Origin: Centroscyllium fabricii | Lineage: Eukaryota | Direction of reading: 5' to 3' | Length of the DNA: 64,000 nucleotides | Assembly: GCA_051313645.2 (NCBI GenBank) | Contig: JBNRSN020000010.1 | Location: 12,090,001 to 12,154,000 of the forward strand | In this document: positions 51,961 through 64,000 of the stretch, one piece after another | Layout of the letters: every line of letters begins with the position of its first letter | Numbering within the stretch: position 1 is the stretch's first letter | The notes under the pieces: model-generated | The model's database searches: none | Told to the model about the DNA's origin: nothing | The model's input: only the letters and a program-made list of their open reading frames with translations | Translations under genes and position numbers: made by a program

Positions 51961-52855
51961 TTACAGCCACTGGCTATTATCCACCCAGTCGTTGTCTTCT
52001 TTCTTCTGCTCATCCTCTTTTGCCAACAGGGTATCGATTTCGGCAGCACTTTTTGGCATTAATTGTGTAATAGCAGCTTTGCAGCAGGTTTTAATAGCAG
52101 CAAATAAGCAGCACATGGTAAGGCATATAGCAATAATCACGAGTAATATATGCGCCACCCAGGGACCCCATCCGGTGAGCCCTAGCCAATCAGGCCACCC
52201 TGGGGCGGGGGCGCGATGTAATTCTTTAACTTCTTTTCTAATATGAGCTACCAAATTGGTTACGTTCTGTGAACTGTCGGGGATATACGTGCAACATTCT
52301 TGTCCAATTAGAGCGCACGTTCCCCCTTTCTCCACTAACAAGTAGTCTAATGCCATTCTATTCTGTAGGGCAACCGTTCTGGTTGCTACCAATTCGGCGT
52401 TTATACCCGTAAGTGCTTCCGCAGTGTCATTGGCTACACCCTCAAGGATTCATGCGCTGTTCCCAATCTCCGCTGCTAATCTAGCCATTCCATACATGGG
52501 GAACAGAATAGCAAAAAATCTTTCTGTCTCAGTTACTGCTCGTTTGCTCTTATATAAGAAAGTGTTAACATGTAGTTCTCGCTTCCTGACTTGCAGGTGG
52601 CCTAATGTCTCCAATGTAATCATATCTAAACCTATCCATCTTCTCATAATAGCTTTTAAATAAAGGCTGACTCTCAGCCTTACGAGCGCTCTTCTGATAA
52701 TGGTCTTGTATTAACACAGTAACATACACACTAAAAACCACAATTGTACATAGCCAAAATACAAATGCCCAAATGGGCAAACAAATAAGATAATCGTACA
52801 TGCAGCAGATACAAACACATTCCGTTAATCTAGTTATCATAACACAGTGTCTCAT
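51961..52855 (-). pseudogene. env: ERV env remnant (leader + TM subunit, SU almost entirely missing, frameshifted)
   Basis: Furin site KSKR|AV, fusion peptide RFFAILFPMYG, immunosuppressive domain LQNRMALDYLL, CX6CC (CALIGQECC), membrane anchor. Confidence 0.9.
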
Positions 52856-52943
52856 ATCCTCTTATAGTTCTTAACGGTCGTTTTTATTTTCAACATCCCC
52901 GATTTGATTTGGTTCGTTAGAACCTGTCTTTTATCGTACACCT

Positions 52944-53590
52944 TCAACTAAGTCCAGTGATAATGTCCTCCGGTAGTTTCATTGCTCTACCTGTCATTAG
53001 TTCATAAGGATTTAACCCCATATCACGGTTTGAGGTTGCCCGTAATCTCATCAACATAATGGGTAAAATCTCAACCCATGTCTTCCCTGACTCCTGTATT
53101 GCCTTTGCTAAGGCATTTTTGAGTGTCCGGTTCATTCTCTCGACCATTCCCAAGCTTTGGGGGTGGTATGGGATATGACATCTTTGTTTAATGCCCATAA
53201 ACTGGCAGATACCCTTCACGACCTTTCCCGTGAAATGTGTCCCCTGGTCAGGATCAATTTGTAGTGGTATTCCCCACCACGGAATTACCTCCTGAGCCAG
53301 AATCCTGGCTACTGTTATGGCAGTATAATTCCGGATTGGAAAGGCTTCCACCCATCTCGTGAATAGATCAATTATCACGAGGTAATAGGTTTTATCGTGT
53401 GACTGGGGAAGGGGTCCTGTAAAGTCAATTTGTATGTGCTCCCAAGGTCCCTTCGGCCTCGGCTGTGTCCCATTTTAATTTTTATGTGCCTTCCAGGGTT
53501 ATGTTGTGCACATATCACACATTTTCTGTAAAATGTGGCAATATCTCTCTTAACCCCATGCCACCACCAGTCTTTACACATCACTCATCC
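52944..53590 (-). pseudogene. pol: ERV integrase remnant
   Basis: WWWHG..CVIC zinc finger, IIDLFTRWVEAFP, DQGTHF, HIPYHPQSLGMVERMNRTLK. Confidence 0.9.
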
Positions 53591-53988
53591 ATGGCCTCCC
53601 TCCCCGAATGAGAGATGCCATGATGTATTTTCTAACAAAGTCTGCTGTATACATTACGGCGCGACCGCTTTACCTTCCTTTTGGCACATGTCCGCAGCAC
53701 ATTGGTTAGTTCCCTGTTTAACCCACCTTTCTTTTCCAGTGTCTGGCGCTTTTCCAGCACTAGGCTACTAATTGGCTCTTCCTTTATCTTTGCTGTTTCT
53801 AAAGCTGCCTGTGCCGCTTCATCTGCGGCCCGATTACCTTGGTGATTTTACCACTCTGGGCTGGTTTTGTCTTACCCCCTCTGTTGTGCCTTTATTTTAA
53901 TACTGCTGCCTGCCTTTTCTCCTATGTCTCATACTGATTGAATCACTTGGGGATATAGCAGCACCATCTCCCATTTGGCCCTTTTGAT

Positions 53989-54396
53989 TCTTCTTCTTCG
54001 TGTCCATATACAAAGCTATTCAGCTTATATAACGTCCAACCAGTGCTTGGTACATTGCTGTCCCTTGATGTTGTAGAGTGCTAGGTCCTTTGCTGTGCAG
54101 GGTCCACCTAACAGAGGACATCGAAGGAGGTGCTCCATGGTCTGGGGTTCTGTGCCACAGTCGCATGTGGTTGGGCCACTAAGATAACCCCACCTGCTTA
54201 GGGCTTCCCTGGAACGGACAACACCTGAGCGGAGTCGGTTCAAGCACTTCCATTTTGCCCAGTTGTTATCTCCTGGTGGGAGGGTTTCGGCAGGGGGGAT
54301 GAGCATAGTCGAGCTGTGTGGGTGTTTGGACAGCTTTTCCTTCCACATTTTAAGGCGGGCTTCAGATGGTGTTGTCTCCAGTGGAGCAGTGCTGGT
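53989..54396 (-). mobile_element. 5'-truncated Vingi/Ingi-like LINE nested in the ERV
   Basis: WKCLNRLRSG..WGY..CDCG.EPQTMEHLLRCP C-terminus, (GAA)n tail, 9-bp TSD ccttttgat (53980-53988 / 54397-54405). Confidence 0.8.
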
Positions 54397-55194
54397 CCTT
54401 TTGATATGGGAGACAGACGGATCTTAACTTTCCTGTTTTCTTAAAAGTTCAAAATTCTCAATTGGTGTTGTAATACTCCTGTTTCTATCTCGCACCCGCA
54501 ATCACTTCCTCTCTCCACTTTACACATTCCATTAACTTTCACTCATATCTCATTCATGAGCCCTGGAGTAACTTTACTGTTTAGTAAAATATTTAAGATT
54601 GAAAACATATCAAACATTCTCACTTGGTCCAAGATATTAACACTTTTTATTTATCGTTATTTTAGAGGTTCTTTCATTTTTTCCAAAAGTAACCCAATAT
54701 ATATATATTGCCTGGGTCCAATTATCTCTAAATGTCAAGCTAAAGTTGTTGCTCGTTGAACTTAGACAACTGTCGGTGGAAAGGGTTAACTTCTCTGCAG
54801 ATTTTTAGAAGGTGGAGCTAAACAATCATGGCACACATAAGCACGTAACTTCACGTATCGAACTGCTTTGGAAGATTTCACCATAACAACCGTGTCTTCC
54901 AAGGTTAAATCTTAGACTGAAACTTAATCTTTGTTGTTCTTCTCAGTTTTTTTAAAAAATACCAGATTAAACTTAAATTAGTTCAAAGTTTTTCAATTCT
55001 TGAGGCACAATCTTATTCGCACATTCTTAAAATTTACAAAATCCAAAACAAGGCAAAGGAGCTAAATTCTTTTAACTCAGAGAAGTGGGAGGAGCTAAAA
55101 CAAACATAACAGAATCTTCCTTTTCAAAGACAGATTTCTCAGGCAAAAGAAACACTAACTTCCTCAACATTCAGGAAAATATTCAGTTTTCCCT

Positions 55195-55530
55195 TTTTCT
55201 GGATCTCAGGGCTTGCTTTCAATCCTGCATCCCTAAGTGCTAACAGACGGGTCCATGTATACTGTTTATCTCCTACCGTGAAGGCAAATTCCTCCTGGGA
55301 TCCTGGGTCCAATGGAAGTGCCCAGAATCCATTAGCTATGTCTAAAACCGTGAATATCTTATGTACGGGACCCAGTTCATTTAAAATGGTTGCTGGGCTC
55401 GCCACTATGGGGTGGAGTTTAGGCATTACCTTATTTAAGGCCGTATATTCAATTAAAACCTGGTATTCCTTCATTAGGTCACTCCCCATTATTGTCCCTT
55501 CGCTATTTTTACACACATAGAATTTCATTG
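55195..55530 (-). pseudogene. pol: ERV reverse transcriptase remnant
   Basis: EYTALNKVMP..TVLDIANGFWALPL..FAFTVGDKQYTWTRL, after which the YxDD region is deleted. Confidence 0.85.
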
Positions 55531-56364
55531 GGATATACCATTATCAATCTGTACTAGCTGTGCTGTACTGAGATAGGCGGGTGTTTTGCCTCCCCCTGTT
55601 CTGGTAATAAAGATCTCATTGTGACGGGGCCATTGCCTCCTTGTCAATTTCATCTATCAATCATACGGGCCCTGAACCCCGTATGGGGACGGTCCTATTC
55701 TCATTCTCCACTACAAGCCTTTTGTTCTTGATTTATTCCTTCTAAAATTTCTATCTTTTCATACTTGGCTGTCTGGTCTGTGTTTTCCAGATTTTCTCTG
55801 TGGTCAGGTAATCCTGCCATCTGGTGGACTAATATGACTGACTGACTAACATCCCATCCGTCCTTCTGCATTTTCTCAATCAGCGAACTTTTATCTGTCA
55901 TATAAGCGCTAATGAGGGAGCCCGGGGGGGGGGGGGGCCTGTTTAACTTCCTTACTGAACATCCTTGGCTCGCTTTATTGAACACTCTCCAGTAAACACT
56001 CACCGCCCCTTTGTGCTCGTTCGTCACCGCGGGTTTGTAACCTTGTTTACCAACGTGTATCGTTCTCTGACCACTCTCCAGTAAACACTCACCACCCCGT
56101 GGGTTTGTGACTTGTTTACCGACGTGTATCACTGCCTGGGGTTTTCTGGACTTCCCAAGCCTCGCGAAGATTTAACTCTAGTTATCCTGCTTCTTTAAAA
56201 GTCTGAGATAAATGCAAAACACTTACAATGCTTTTGTGTACTCTTAATTATACCCGAGAGTCCCAAGACCAAACCCAGTAAGATACACTCTCGCAAATTT
56301 TCCTCAGATTCTTTTTGATCAACGAGCCCACCGACACTTGATCAAGGTGTCCGTGGGAGTCGTT

Positions 56365-56382
56365 ATCCTGCCGACTATGCCA
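56365..56382 (-). promoter_or_regulatory. ERV primer-binding site, tRNA-Ser
   Basis: TGGCATAGTCGGCAGGAT, 17/18 match to the complement of the vertebrate tRNA-Ser(AGA) 3' end (ATCCTGCCGACTACGCCA), 2 nt from the LTR. Confidence 0.88.
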
Positions 56383-56384
56383 GA

Positions 56385-56862
56385 TGTTGTAGGAAAATTT
56401 ATGTATTGATTAGCTGAAGCCTGGCGGACGAACCGTGAAGGAAAGTCGACGCTACCCAGCCTAATCACACAGAGTATTAGCCAATTAACTCAATAACCTC
56501 TAACCTACGTCAACAACCTAGCCTTATCTTGCACCTGCAACTACCCGCTAGCTTCTTCTAAGACCCCATTCTATTCTGTTTTTAGTTAGTTTCTCTATGT
56601 CCCTTTGTTGATTTACGTCTTTAATCAACTTTTAATCTGTTCCCACAGTTGAAGCTCACTCCTCGTATCTGTTCCCATAGCCTAGGAGTTTTCAAACCAT
56701 CTAGAATATGCTGCAGTTGTATATTATTTAATTCTCTTTAAAACGTCCTCAGTATTACCCTGTTAACCCTTTGGCGGCGTTTCTTCACCGGAAGTGTATG
56801 CCTTTTAAATTTAAAGAGTCCATTAAAGCTTTTAGTCCAAGCATCCAAAATTTACTCCAACA
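56385..56862 (-). repeat. ERV 5' LTR (478 bp, 200-bp internal deletion)
   Basis: Matches 51209-51886 except that ~51301-51500 is missing. Confidence 0.9.
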
Positions 56863-57079
56863 ATAGTCCAGCAATTTAAACGGTTTACCGTCATGCCCAC
56901 CTGGGAGCCCAGAGTTAGAAATCGCATCATGTTATTGCTTCACTTTGCAAAGTCCTACTGCTGGTCAGTTATACCTCAGTTCCTGTTCAGTGACAGACTG
57001 ATAGATCTACGTCTCATAGAGCTGTGCATGCAACAAGGAAATTAATATTCCCATGTTAATAAAGGAAAGCCACTAATGA

Positions 57080-57482
57080 GGGCGGCACGGTGGCACAGTG
57101 TTTAGCACTATTGTCTCACAGCACTGGAGACCCGGGTTCAAATCCAGCCTCGGGTACACTCTGTGTGGAGTTTGCACATTCTCCCCGTGTCTGCGTGGGT
57201 TTCCTCCGGGTGCTCCGGTTTCCTCCCACAGTCCAAAGATGTGCCGGTTAGGTTGATTGGCCATGATAAATTGACCCTTAGTGTTAGGGGGATTGAATAG
57301 GTGGAGTTACGGGGATAGGGTGGGATATGTGTCGATGCAGGCTCGATAGGGATCGAGACATATGGGGAGAAGGCAGGGGCGTGGTACTGGGTTTGGATGA
57401 TCAGCCATGATCTCATTGAATGGCGGAGCAGGCTCGAAGGGCCGAATGGCCTATTCCTGCTCCTATCTTCTATGTGTCTATG
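57080..57482 (+). mobile_element. HE1-type V-SINE (copy B)
   Basis: Paralogue of 8057-8459. Confidence 0.9.
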
Positions 57483-58314
57483 ATTGCATCAAACACAGGA
57501 ATGTCTGGTGAAAATATTTGTCGAGAGACAGATATACAAACACGAGGCCTATAAAATGAAAATGCAGACTTAGTGAAGAAGATCGACAGCGTTTTAGATT
57601 TTAGATTTAAAGTGAGGACAGGAAGACAGGAAATTCCACCTTTTTCTCAGCAACAACACATTGGTCATAGTCACTGTTTGCTCGTACTTTCTGTTTCTTC
57701 TTCCTCGATAGGGTCATTTTTGTGCTGAATAATGGGGGCAGAAATTCAGCACAGCCCAGGATAACATGTGTGGATGAACAACTTCCGCGTCTCCTCAGTT
57801 ACAATCTCGCATTATTTAACATCTGGTAAACTGCACCTGAAAAACTCTGCCTCCCTTTTTAAATGCCCACCCCTCCACTGATGATAATCTTCTTCAAAGT
57901 CTCTCTCTCTCTCTCTCTCTCTCGCTCGCTCGCTGTATCTCACTATTTCGCTCTTGTCTCTATCTGTGCTTCACTCTCTTTTTCTTTCAGTCTTCTTTTC
58001 CTGTCGCTCTCTTGGTCTCCACACTCTATTTTTGTATCCCTCTCTATCAACTCACTAGCTGCCTCGTTTTCTCTCTGTCCCTCTGTTTCGCTTGTATTTC
58101 CGTCACTGCCCCCTCTCTATATTTGTATCCCTCCTTCTCTGTTTTTCGCTAATGTCTCGCTGTCTCATTGTGGATGTAAGTGTCTCTTTGTGGATGTCTT
58201 TGTCTATTTGTGAATGTCGTTGTCATCAATTGCTGCTTCTCTCCCAATATCTGTCTTTCTGTCTCTAGCCCTAAACCTTTGTGTGTTTGATGGGACAGCC
58301 CAACCTCTAACTCA

Positions 58315-59446
58315 CACATGGGATTGGGGGTAATGTGTTGACGTGGATTGAGAACTCGTTGGCACACAGGAAACAAAGAGTAGGAGTAAATAGGTACGTT
58401 TCAGAATGGCAGGCAGTGACAAGCGGGGTACCGCAAGGTTCGGTGCTGGGGCCCCAGCTGTTTACATTATATATTAATGATTTGGACGAAGGGATTAAAT
58501 GTTGAACCTCCAAATTTGCGGATGACACTAAATTGGGAGGCAGTGTGAGCTGCGAGGAGGATGCTAAGAGGCTACAGAGTGACTTGCACAGGTTAGGTGA
58601 ATGGGCAAATATATGGTAAATGAAGTACAATGTTGATAAATGTGAGGTTATCCACTTTGGTGGTAAACATAGAAAGACAGACTATTATATGAATGGTGAC
58701 AGATTAGGGAAAGGGGAGGTGCAACGAGATCTGGGCGTCATGGTACATCAGTCACTGAAGGTGGAAATGCAGGTACAGCAGGCAGTTAGGAAAGCAAATG
58801 ACATGTTGGTCTTCATAACAAAGGGATTTGAGTACAGGAGTAGGGAGCTGTTGCTACAGTTGTACAGGGCCTTGGTGAGGCCACACTTTGAGTATTTTGT
58901 GCAGTTTTGGTCCCCTAACTTGATAAAGGGCATTTTACTATTGAGGGAGCGCAGCGAAGGTTCACTAGATTGATTCCTGGGATGGCCGGACTGACATATC
59001 AAGAAAGACTGGATCAACTGAACTTGTACTCTCTGGTGTTCAGCAGAATGAGGGGGATCTCATACAAATGTTTAAAATACTGACGGGTTTAGACAGGTTA
59101 GACGCGGGCAGAATGTTCCCATTGTTAGGGAAGTCCAAAACCAGGGGGCACAGACTAAGGTTAAGGGGTAAGCTATTTAGGACCGAGATGAGGAGAAACT
59201 TCTACACCCAGAGATGGTGAACCTGTGGAGTTCTCTACCACAGAATGTTGTTGAGGTCAATTCAATAAATATATTCAAAACGGAGTTAGATGTAATACTT
59301 ACAACTAGGGGGATCAAGGGATATGGCGCAAAATCAGGAATGGGGTACTGATGTAGCATGTTCAGCCATGAACATGTTGCATGGCGGTGCAGGCTCGAAG
59401 GGCCGAATGGTCTACTCCTGCACCTATTTTCTATGTATCTATGTTT
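58315..59446 (+). mobile_element. CR1 LINE (copy B)
   Basis: Paralogue of 9256-10387. Confidence 0.92.
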
Positions 59447-60089
59447 CTCCCTTGATTTTGTTACTCTGCAACTTCCGCTGTCAGAGCAACAATTACCTGG
59501 AGTAGCACTTTGAAAGTAATATCAAAACGAACATAATCAACGCCAGAAGGTAACTGTATCCGGTTAACCAGTTCTAGGTTGTAAGTGCACACCACTAGCC
59601 AGAAGAGAAGAGGAACAAAGTGTCACTTTGAGCAGACCTGTAGGAAACGTGGAGTAAAATAGTCACATTTCAATCTTTGAAAATCAAGTTTACGTTAACA
59701 AGTTATCACGGTCCATCGCAGGTCAGATTGAGCTTCCTTTGACACAATAACGCGCTTGACCCTGTCGCAAGACAATTACTTTCAGTTCTTGAGACATCGA
59801 GAGGAAAGTCAATGTTCTAAGCATCTGGGATCAATACAACTAAAAATGAGATGTGAAGTCGATAACAAAGCAAATCTATTCTTCAGTCTTAAATTCCAAG
59901 TTTGAAAATGACCGGTGCAGTGGAACAACATCATTATTTTTCAGAAATATATCAAGTACTTCTGGACCACCATTTCATTCTGTCCCCAGAGAAAATGTTA
60001 GCATCTTATGAGCAAAAGCAAGACGTACATCTGAAAAAACCTCCAGCTACACCAAACATCAACTACCAACAGGTTAGGTTCCGTAGAAG

Positions 60090-60860
60090 TTTGACACATA
60101 ATACACATCCATCTATCCTGTCCCATCAAACACACATAGGGCAGGTACAGCACGTGTTACATAAAATGTAAAGCTCCCTCTACAATATCACGTTTTATAT
60201 TTCCAGGGCATGTAAGGCACTGGTGAGATACTGAGCAGAACTCACACTGCAATAGCCCTTCAAACACTCACACCAACTACCGTCAAGTTATACAGAGTAA
60301 GGGTTAGCTAACGCATGGGTCAAATACAGAGTTAAGCTCCATCTATTCCGTTCCATCAAACACGCCCAGGGTAGGTACAGCATAGGTCATATAGCGAGTA
60401 AATATCTCGCTACACTGTCCCATCAAACACTCCCAGGGAAGGTGCAACTTGCGTCAGATACAGATTAAAACGACCTGTACAGTGGCCAATCAAACACTCA
60501 CATCAATTAACATGAGTTAAAGTACATGAGTGGGCCAGATAAAACATGCGAAAGATACAGAGTATAGCTCCATCTACACTGGTCCATGAAACATTCCCAG
60601 GGCAGGTACAGCACAGGTTGGATACAGTTTGACGCATTCGCTGCAATGTCACAGCAAAACCACACAGGGAAGGTATAGCACGGGATAGATACAGAGTAAA
60701 GCTCTTTATATACTGTACCATAAAGCAATCCTAGGTTTGGTACAATACGAGTCTGATACACAGTTAGTCTCCCTCTGTATATCCTTCTCAAATACTCAAG
60801 GTGCAGTTACAGTTGTGGATATGGAATAGTGATTCATCTACGCAGTCCACTCAAACAAAT
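60090..60860. repeat. ~67-bp minisatellite (copy B)
   Basis: Paralogue of 11030-11800. Confidence 0.85.
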
Positions 60861-62919
60861 ATACGCTTAACACTGGCAGTTAGTCAATGGTTACACTCAG
60901 GATATGAAAAGAGAGTCATACCACCCAGATCAGCGCAATGTGGGCCAAATACTCTCCCATTATATGGGCGGAGCTTTCTCTTGAAGTGTTGCAAATGATA
61001 AAATTTGTCAGCAGTGAAAGTGGTGCCATGTCTGCCAAGGAACTGAAGAACATACGCTTGGTCAGACTTTCCTGTTCTGAGGTGCCTGTTCATTGAAATG
61101 GAAATAAGAATCATTGTCTGAAGTCACTGTTGGAAAAGTGCTTCCACTAGTCGAGCAAATCAGTCCAATAATGGAAACTCAGCACCGCAGGACACCAGGA
61201 ATCAATAACAGTGATCCGAAGCTGGAGCATTTCTTAATACATGAGTTCAACTGTCATTACCATACATTCATCTCAATTAGACTCCATGGGGGTAATTTTA
61301 ACTTTGGACACGGGTGCAAAGTGGACGTTATTGAATTGGTCGCCATTTTATGCCACGCCCAATGTTCCCTTTGATTAACGTCATGGTGTATATTAGGCGG
61401 ATAATTGCATATCGTCCATTTTACACCATCACTCAACGTTATAATTACCCAACACCGCATACTTTATTTCTGATCGATACTACCCTGTGTAACTAATTGT
61501 TGTATATTTATAAAAGCCCTTGCTATTTGCTGTTATGCTACCTGTTGTCCATTTGCTACCCAATTTTAAACCTTCCACTCTTCCGTTTGAAAACGCCATT
61601 AAATATTTTACATTCCACGTGGCTATATTTAACATTATTAGCCACAAACTTCCTCAGACGCCTTCATTTGAAGTTTCCCCTTGCGGGTAATTTTAACTCT
61701 GGGCTATCGTATTCAGTGGCTGATATTCATTTAACTGCCCATTATAGGCCCGTTCGATTTTGCTTGCCCTGGGAGAAATTCTGACTGTGTGCCATTGTGT
61801 AAAATGGGTGATCGTGAATCGGAGGACGGCTTTACAACTTTCCCGAATGACGCTAATTGAAAGGAAAATGTATTGAGGTGTATCTCGTGCGATCGAACTC
61901 ATATGATACGTTTTACATTTTTGCCCAAAGTTAAAATGGCTATCATTCTGATGCGCCCCGTCCTCCCAATATGTGATGGTTACTCTCAAGTTACTCTCCT
62001 AGTCTCATTGCAGTTATTTACCCCACTCAAATTTCCAGAACTGAAGCAAGCGATGTGTCTTTTCTTGTTGAATTGAAACATGCTGATCTGACAAGTAGCT
62101 CCGGATCCATTCTAAAATGTGTTCTACACTTTGACCACGCATATTCAGTTTATTTCTGTTTATCTTGGGATAGATAAAATCCCCAATATGATTAAGCTTT
62201 AGTTGTTACATTATCCTTTGAACTGGTTGCAATACTCCCCTTCTAACACATAGGCATAACGTTCTGTTATGTTGATCGATATTTGTAATATGGCTCTTAC
62301 TAATCGTCAACACTGTCCATGTGAATTCTGTCTCATTGTAACGTCTGTGATGTCATTGTTTTCTAGCGCTATAAGATAATCCTTCACTAACACTGCCACT
62401 CCAGAACCCTTTACTGCTAGTTTATCTCATGAACGCAGCAACAACTTGAATTTATATAGCGCCATTAGCGTACACTTCCCTAGGTGCTTCACAGGAGCGT
62501 GGAGAGATTTTTACAGGAGGAACAGAAATTTTGAACCGAAGTGTTGCAGAACAAGGGGGCAATATAGGTCAGCGCAGACATGAGAGGTGGGTGCATGGGA
62601 CTTGGTGCAAGTTAAGGTTGGGGCCGCAGAACTTACAAAGAGATCAAGATTATGCAGGGTTCAAGAAGGGAGAGCAGCCAGGAGAGCACTGGAATAGGCG
62701 AGTCCACTCTAGAGATTACAGAGGGATTAGAATATACTGAGCTTGATGGCCGGCGTGGACACGATGGACCAAAGGGCCTCTCTCTGTGCTGTAAAACTCT
62801 TTGACTCACTATCACTCTAATAGCAGGATGAGGGCTTCAGTATCAAATGGGCAGAGGCAAGGAGGAAATCTCGAATATTAAATTCCAAGCCCAGTTCAAT
62901 TTTAAGATCTGTTCCTGCT

Positions 62920-63644
62920 ACAGAAACATTATATTTTCTATAATTCGGCCCCTCAAGCCTGTTCCACCATTTAATGAGATCATGTCTGATCATCCAAATT
63001 CAGTACGCTGTCCCTGCTTTCTCCCCATATCCCTTGATCCCTTTAGCCTTAAGGAATATATCTAACTCCACTTGAATATAGATAATGAATTGGTCTCAAC
63101 TGCCTTCTGTGGTAGAGAACTCCACAGGTTCACCACTCCCTGGGTGAACAAATTACACCTCATCTCAGTTCTAAAAGGCTTACCCCTTATCATTAGATTG
63201 TGACCCCTGGTTCTGGACTCCCCGCCATCGGGAACATCCTTCCTTCATCTGGTCTGTCTAACCCTGTTACAATTGTATACGTTTGAAGGAGATCTCCTTC
63301 CATTCTTCGAAACTCTAGCGATTACAAGCCCAATCGACCCAATCTTTTCAAGACGTTATTCCTGCCATCCCAGGTATCAGTCTGGTGAATCATCGCTGCA
63401 TTCCCTCCATGGCAAGAACATCCTTCCTCAGATAAGAACACCCAGGCCTCATGGCACTTCCCCTTTTGCCTATCTATTGTCATTCAGATAATAATCTGCC
63501 TTCCTGTTGTTACCACCATAGTGGGTAACATCGCATTTATCCATATTATACTGCATCTGCAATGCATGTGCCCGATCATCCCACCTGTCCAAATCATACT
63601 GGAGTTTCTCTGCATTCTCATCACAGCATAGACGCCCACTGAGC
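62920..63644 (-). mobile_element. CR1 LINE fragment (copy B), broken at the duplication end
   Basis: Paralogue of 13850-14574. Confidence 0.85.
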
Positions 63645-63821
63645 CATGAGGCCTGGGTGTTCTTATCTGAGGAAGGATGTTCTTGCCATGGAGGGAATGC
63701 AGCGATGATTCACCAGACTGATACCTGGGATGGCAGGAATAACGTCTTGAAAAGATTGGGTCGAATGGGCTTGTAATCGCTAGAGTTTCGAAGAATGGAA
63801 GGAGATCTCCTTCAAACGTAT
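63277..63821. repeat. 179-bp inverted repeat with 187-bp spacer
   Basis: 63643-63821 is the reverse complement of 63277-63455 with one mismatch seen. Confidence 0.92.
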
Positions 63822-64000
63822 TTGGGCCCTGTCTTCCTGTGGCCCGATTGCTGCGGGTGCGTGCTGACGAGCACCCGCGGCGCACGCGCACGTGATTTTT
63901 TTTTTCTCACGTGAACTTCCTGTGGGAAATCCCGTTTTTTTTTCGTTCGGAGGGGACGTCTTGTTTTTGGTCCGGGGTGCAAGCCACGCCCACTGAGGTC

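Larger units (their letters stand above)
51209..56862 (-). mobile_element. Endogenous retrovirus, internally deleted, two LTRs
   Basis: TGTTG...CAACA LTRs, TSD TAGT (51205-51208 / 56864-56867, one extra A), PPT next to 51887, tRNA-Ser PBS, RT/IN/env remnants. Absent from copy A (empty site ~7841). Confidence 0.95.
43333..63644. repeat. Segmental duplication, copy B (includes the ERV insertion)
   Basis: Collinear with 1-14574 apart from the insertion at 51209-56867. Confidence 0.97.

Noticed and set aside
51961-52392. Domesticated syncytin-like env gene
   Set aside because: SU is almost absent and frameshifts separate leader, fusion peptide and TM ectodomain.
1-63644. Duplication as an uncollapsed-haplotype assembly artefact
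   Set aside because: Copies differ by ~3% in places, by a TSD-flanked ERV and by a distinct right junction, and an older paralogue lies between them. Read depth is still needed to exclude it fully.

Overview
Repeat-rich vertebrate genomic DNA, very probably from a cartilaginous fish (inferred from HE1-type V-SINEs with CR1/HER1 tails, Penelope elements and typical shark minisatellites). The window is built around a ~43.3 kb-offset tandem segmental duplication (1-14574 vs 43333-63644) carrying a two-exon, short-N-terminus class A GPCR of the GPR139/GPR142-like group. Copy B (exons 45009-45078 + 46740-47641, 323 aa) is intact. Copy A (1677-1746 + 3379-4279) has a 1-bp frameshift. Between them lie features that the ORF track misses: an intact orphan first exon of a third, diverged paralogue with its own promoter block (21673-21742), an inverted 3' remnant of a paralogous exon 2 fused to a truncated Gypsy element (27907-28165), and a full-length B3GALT5-like glycosyltransferase pseudogene (36936-37897). 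Each GPCR first exon sits directly behind a 26-bp minisatellite. Copy B alone carries an internally deleted tRNA-Ser-primed endogenous retrovirus (51209-56862) with a nested Vingi-like LINE, and it ends in a 179-bp fold-back inverted duplication. The rest is CR1/L2 LINE, SINE, Penelope, Gypsy, MITE-like and minisatellite DNA. All alignments and counts were done by eye; repeat boundaries are approximate unless TSDs are quoted.
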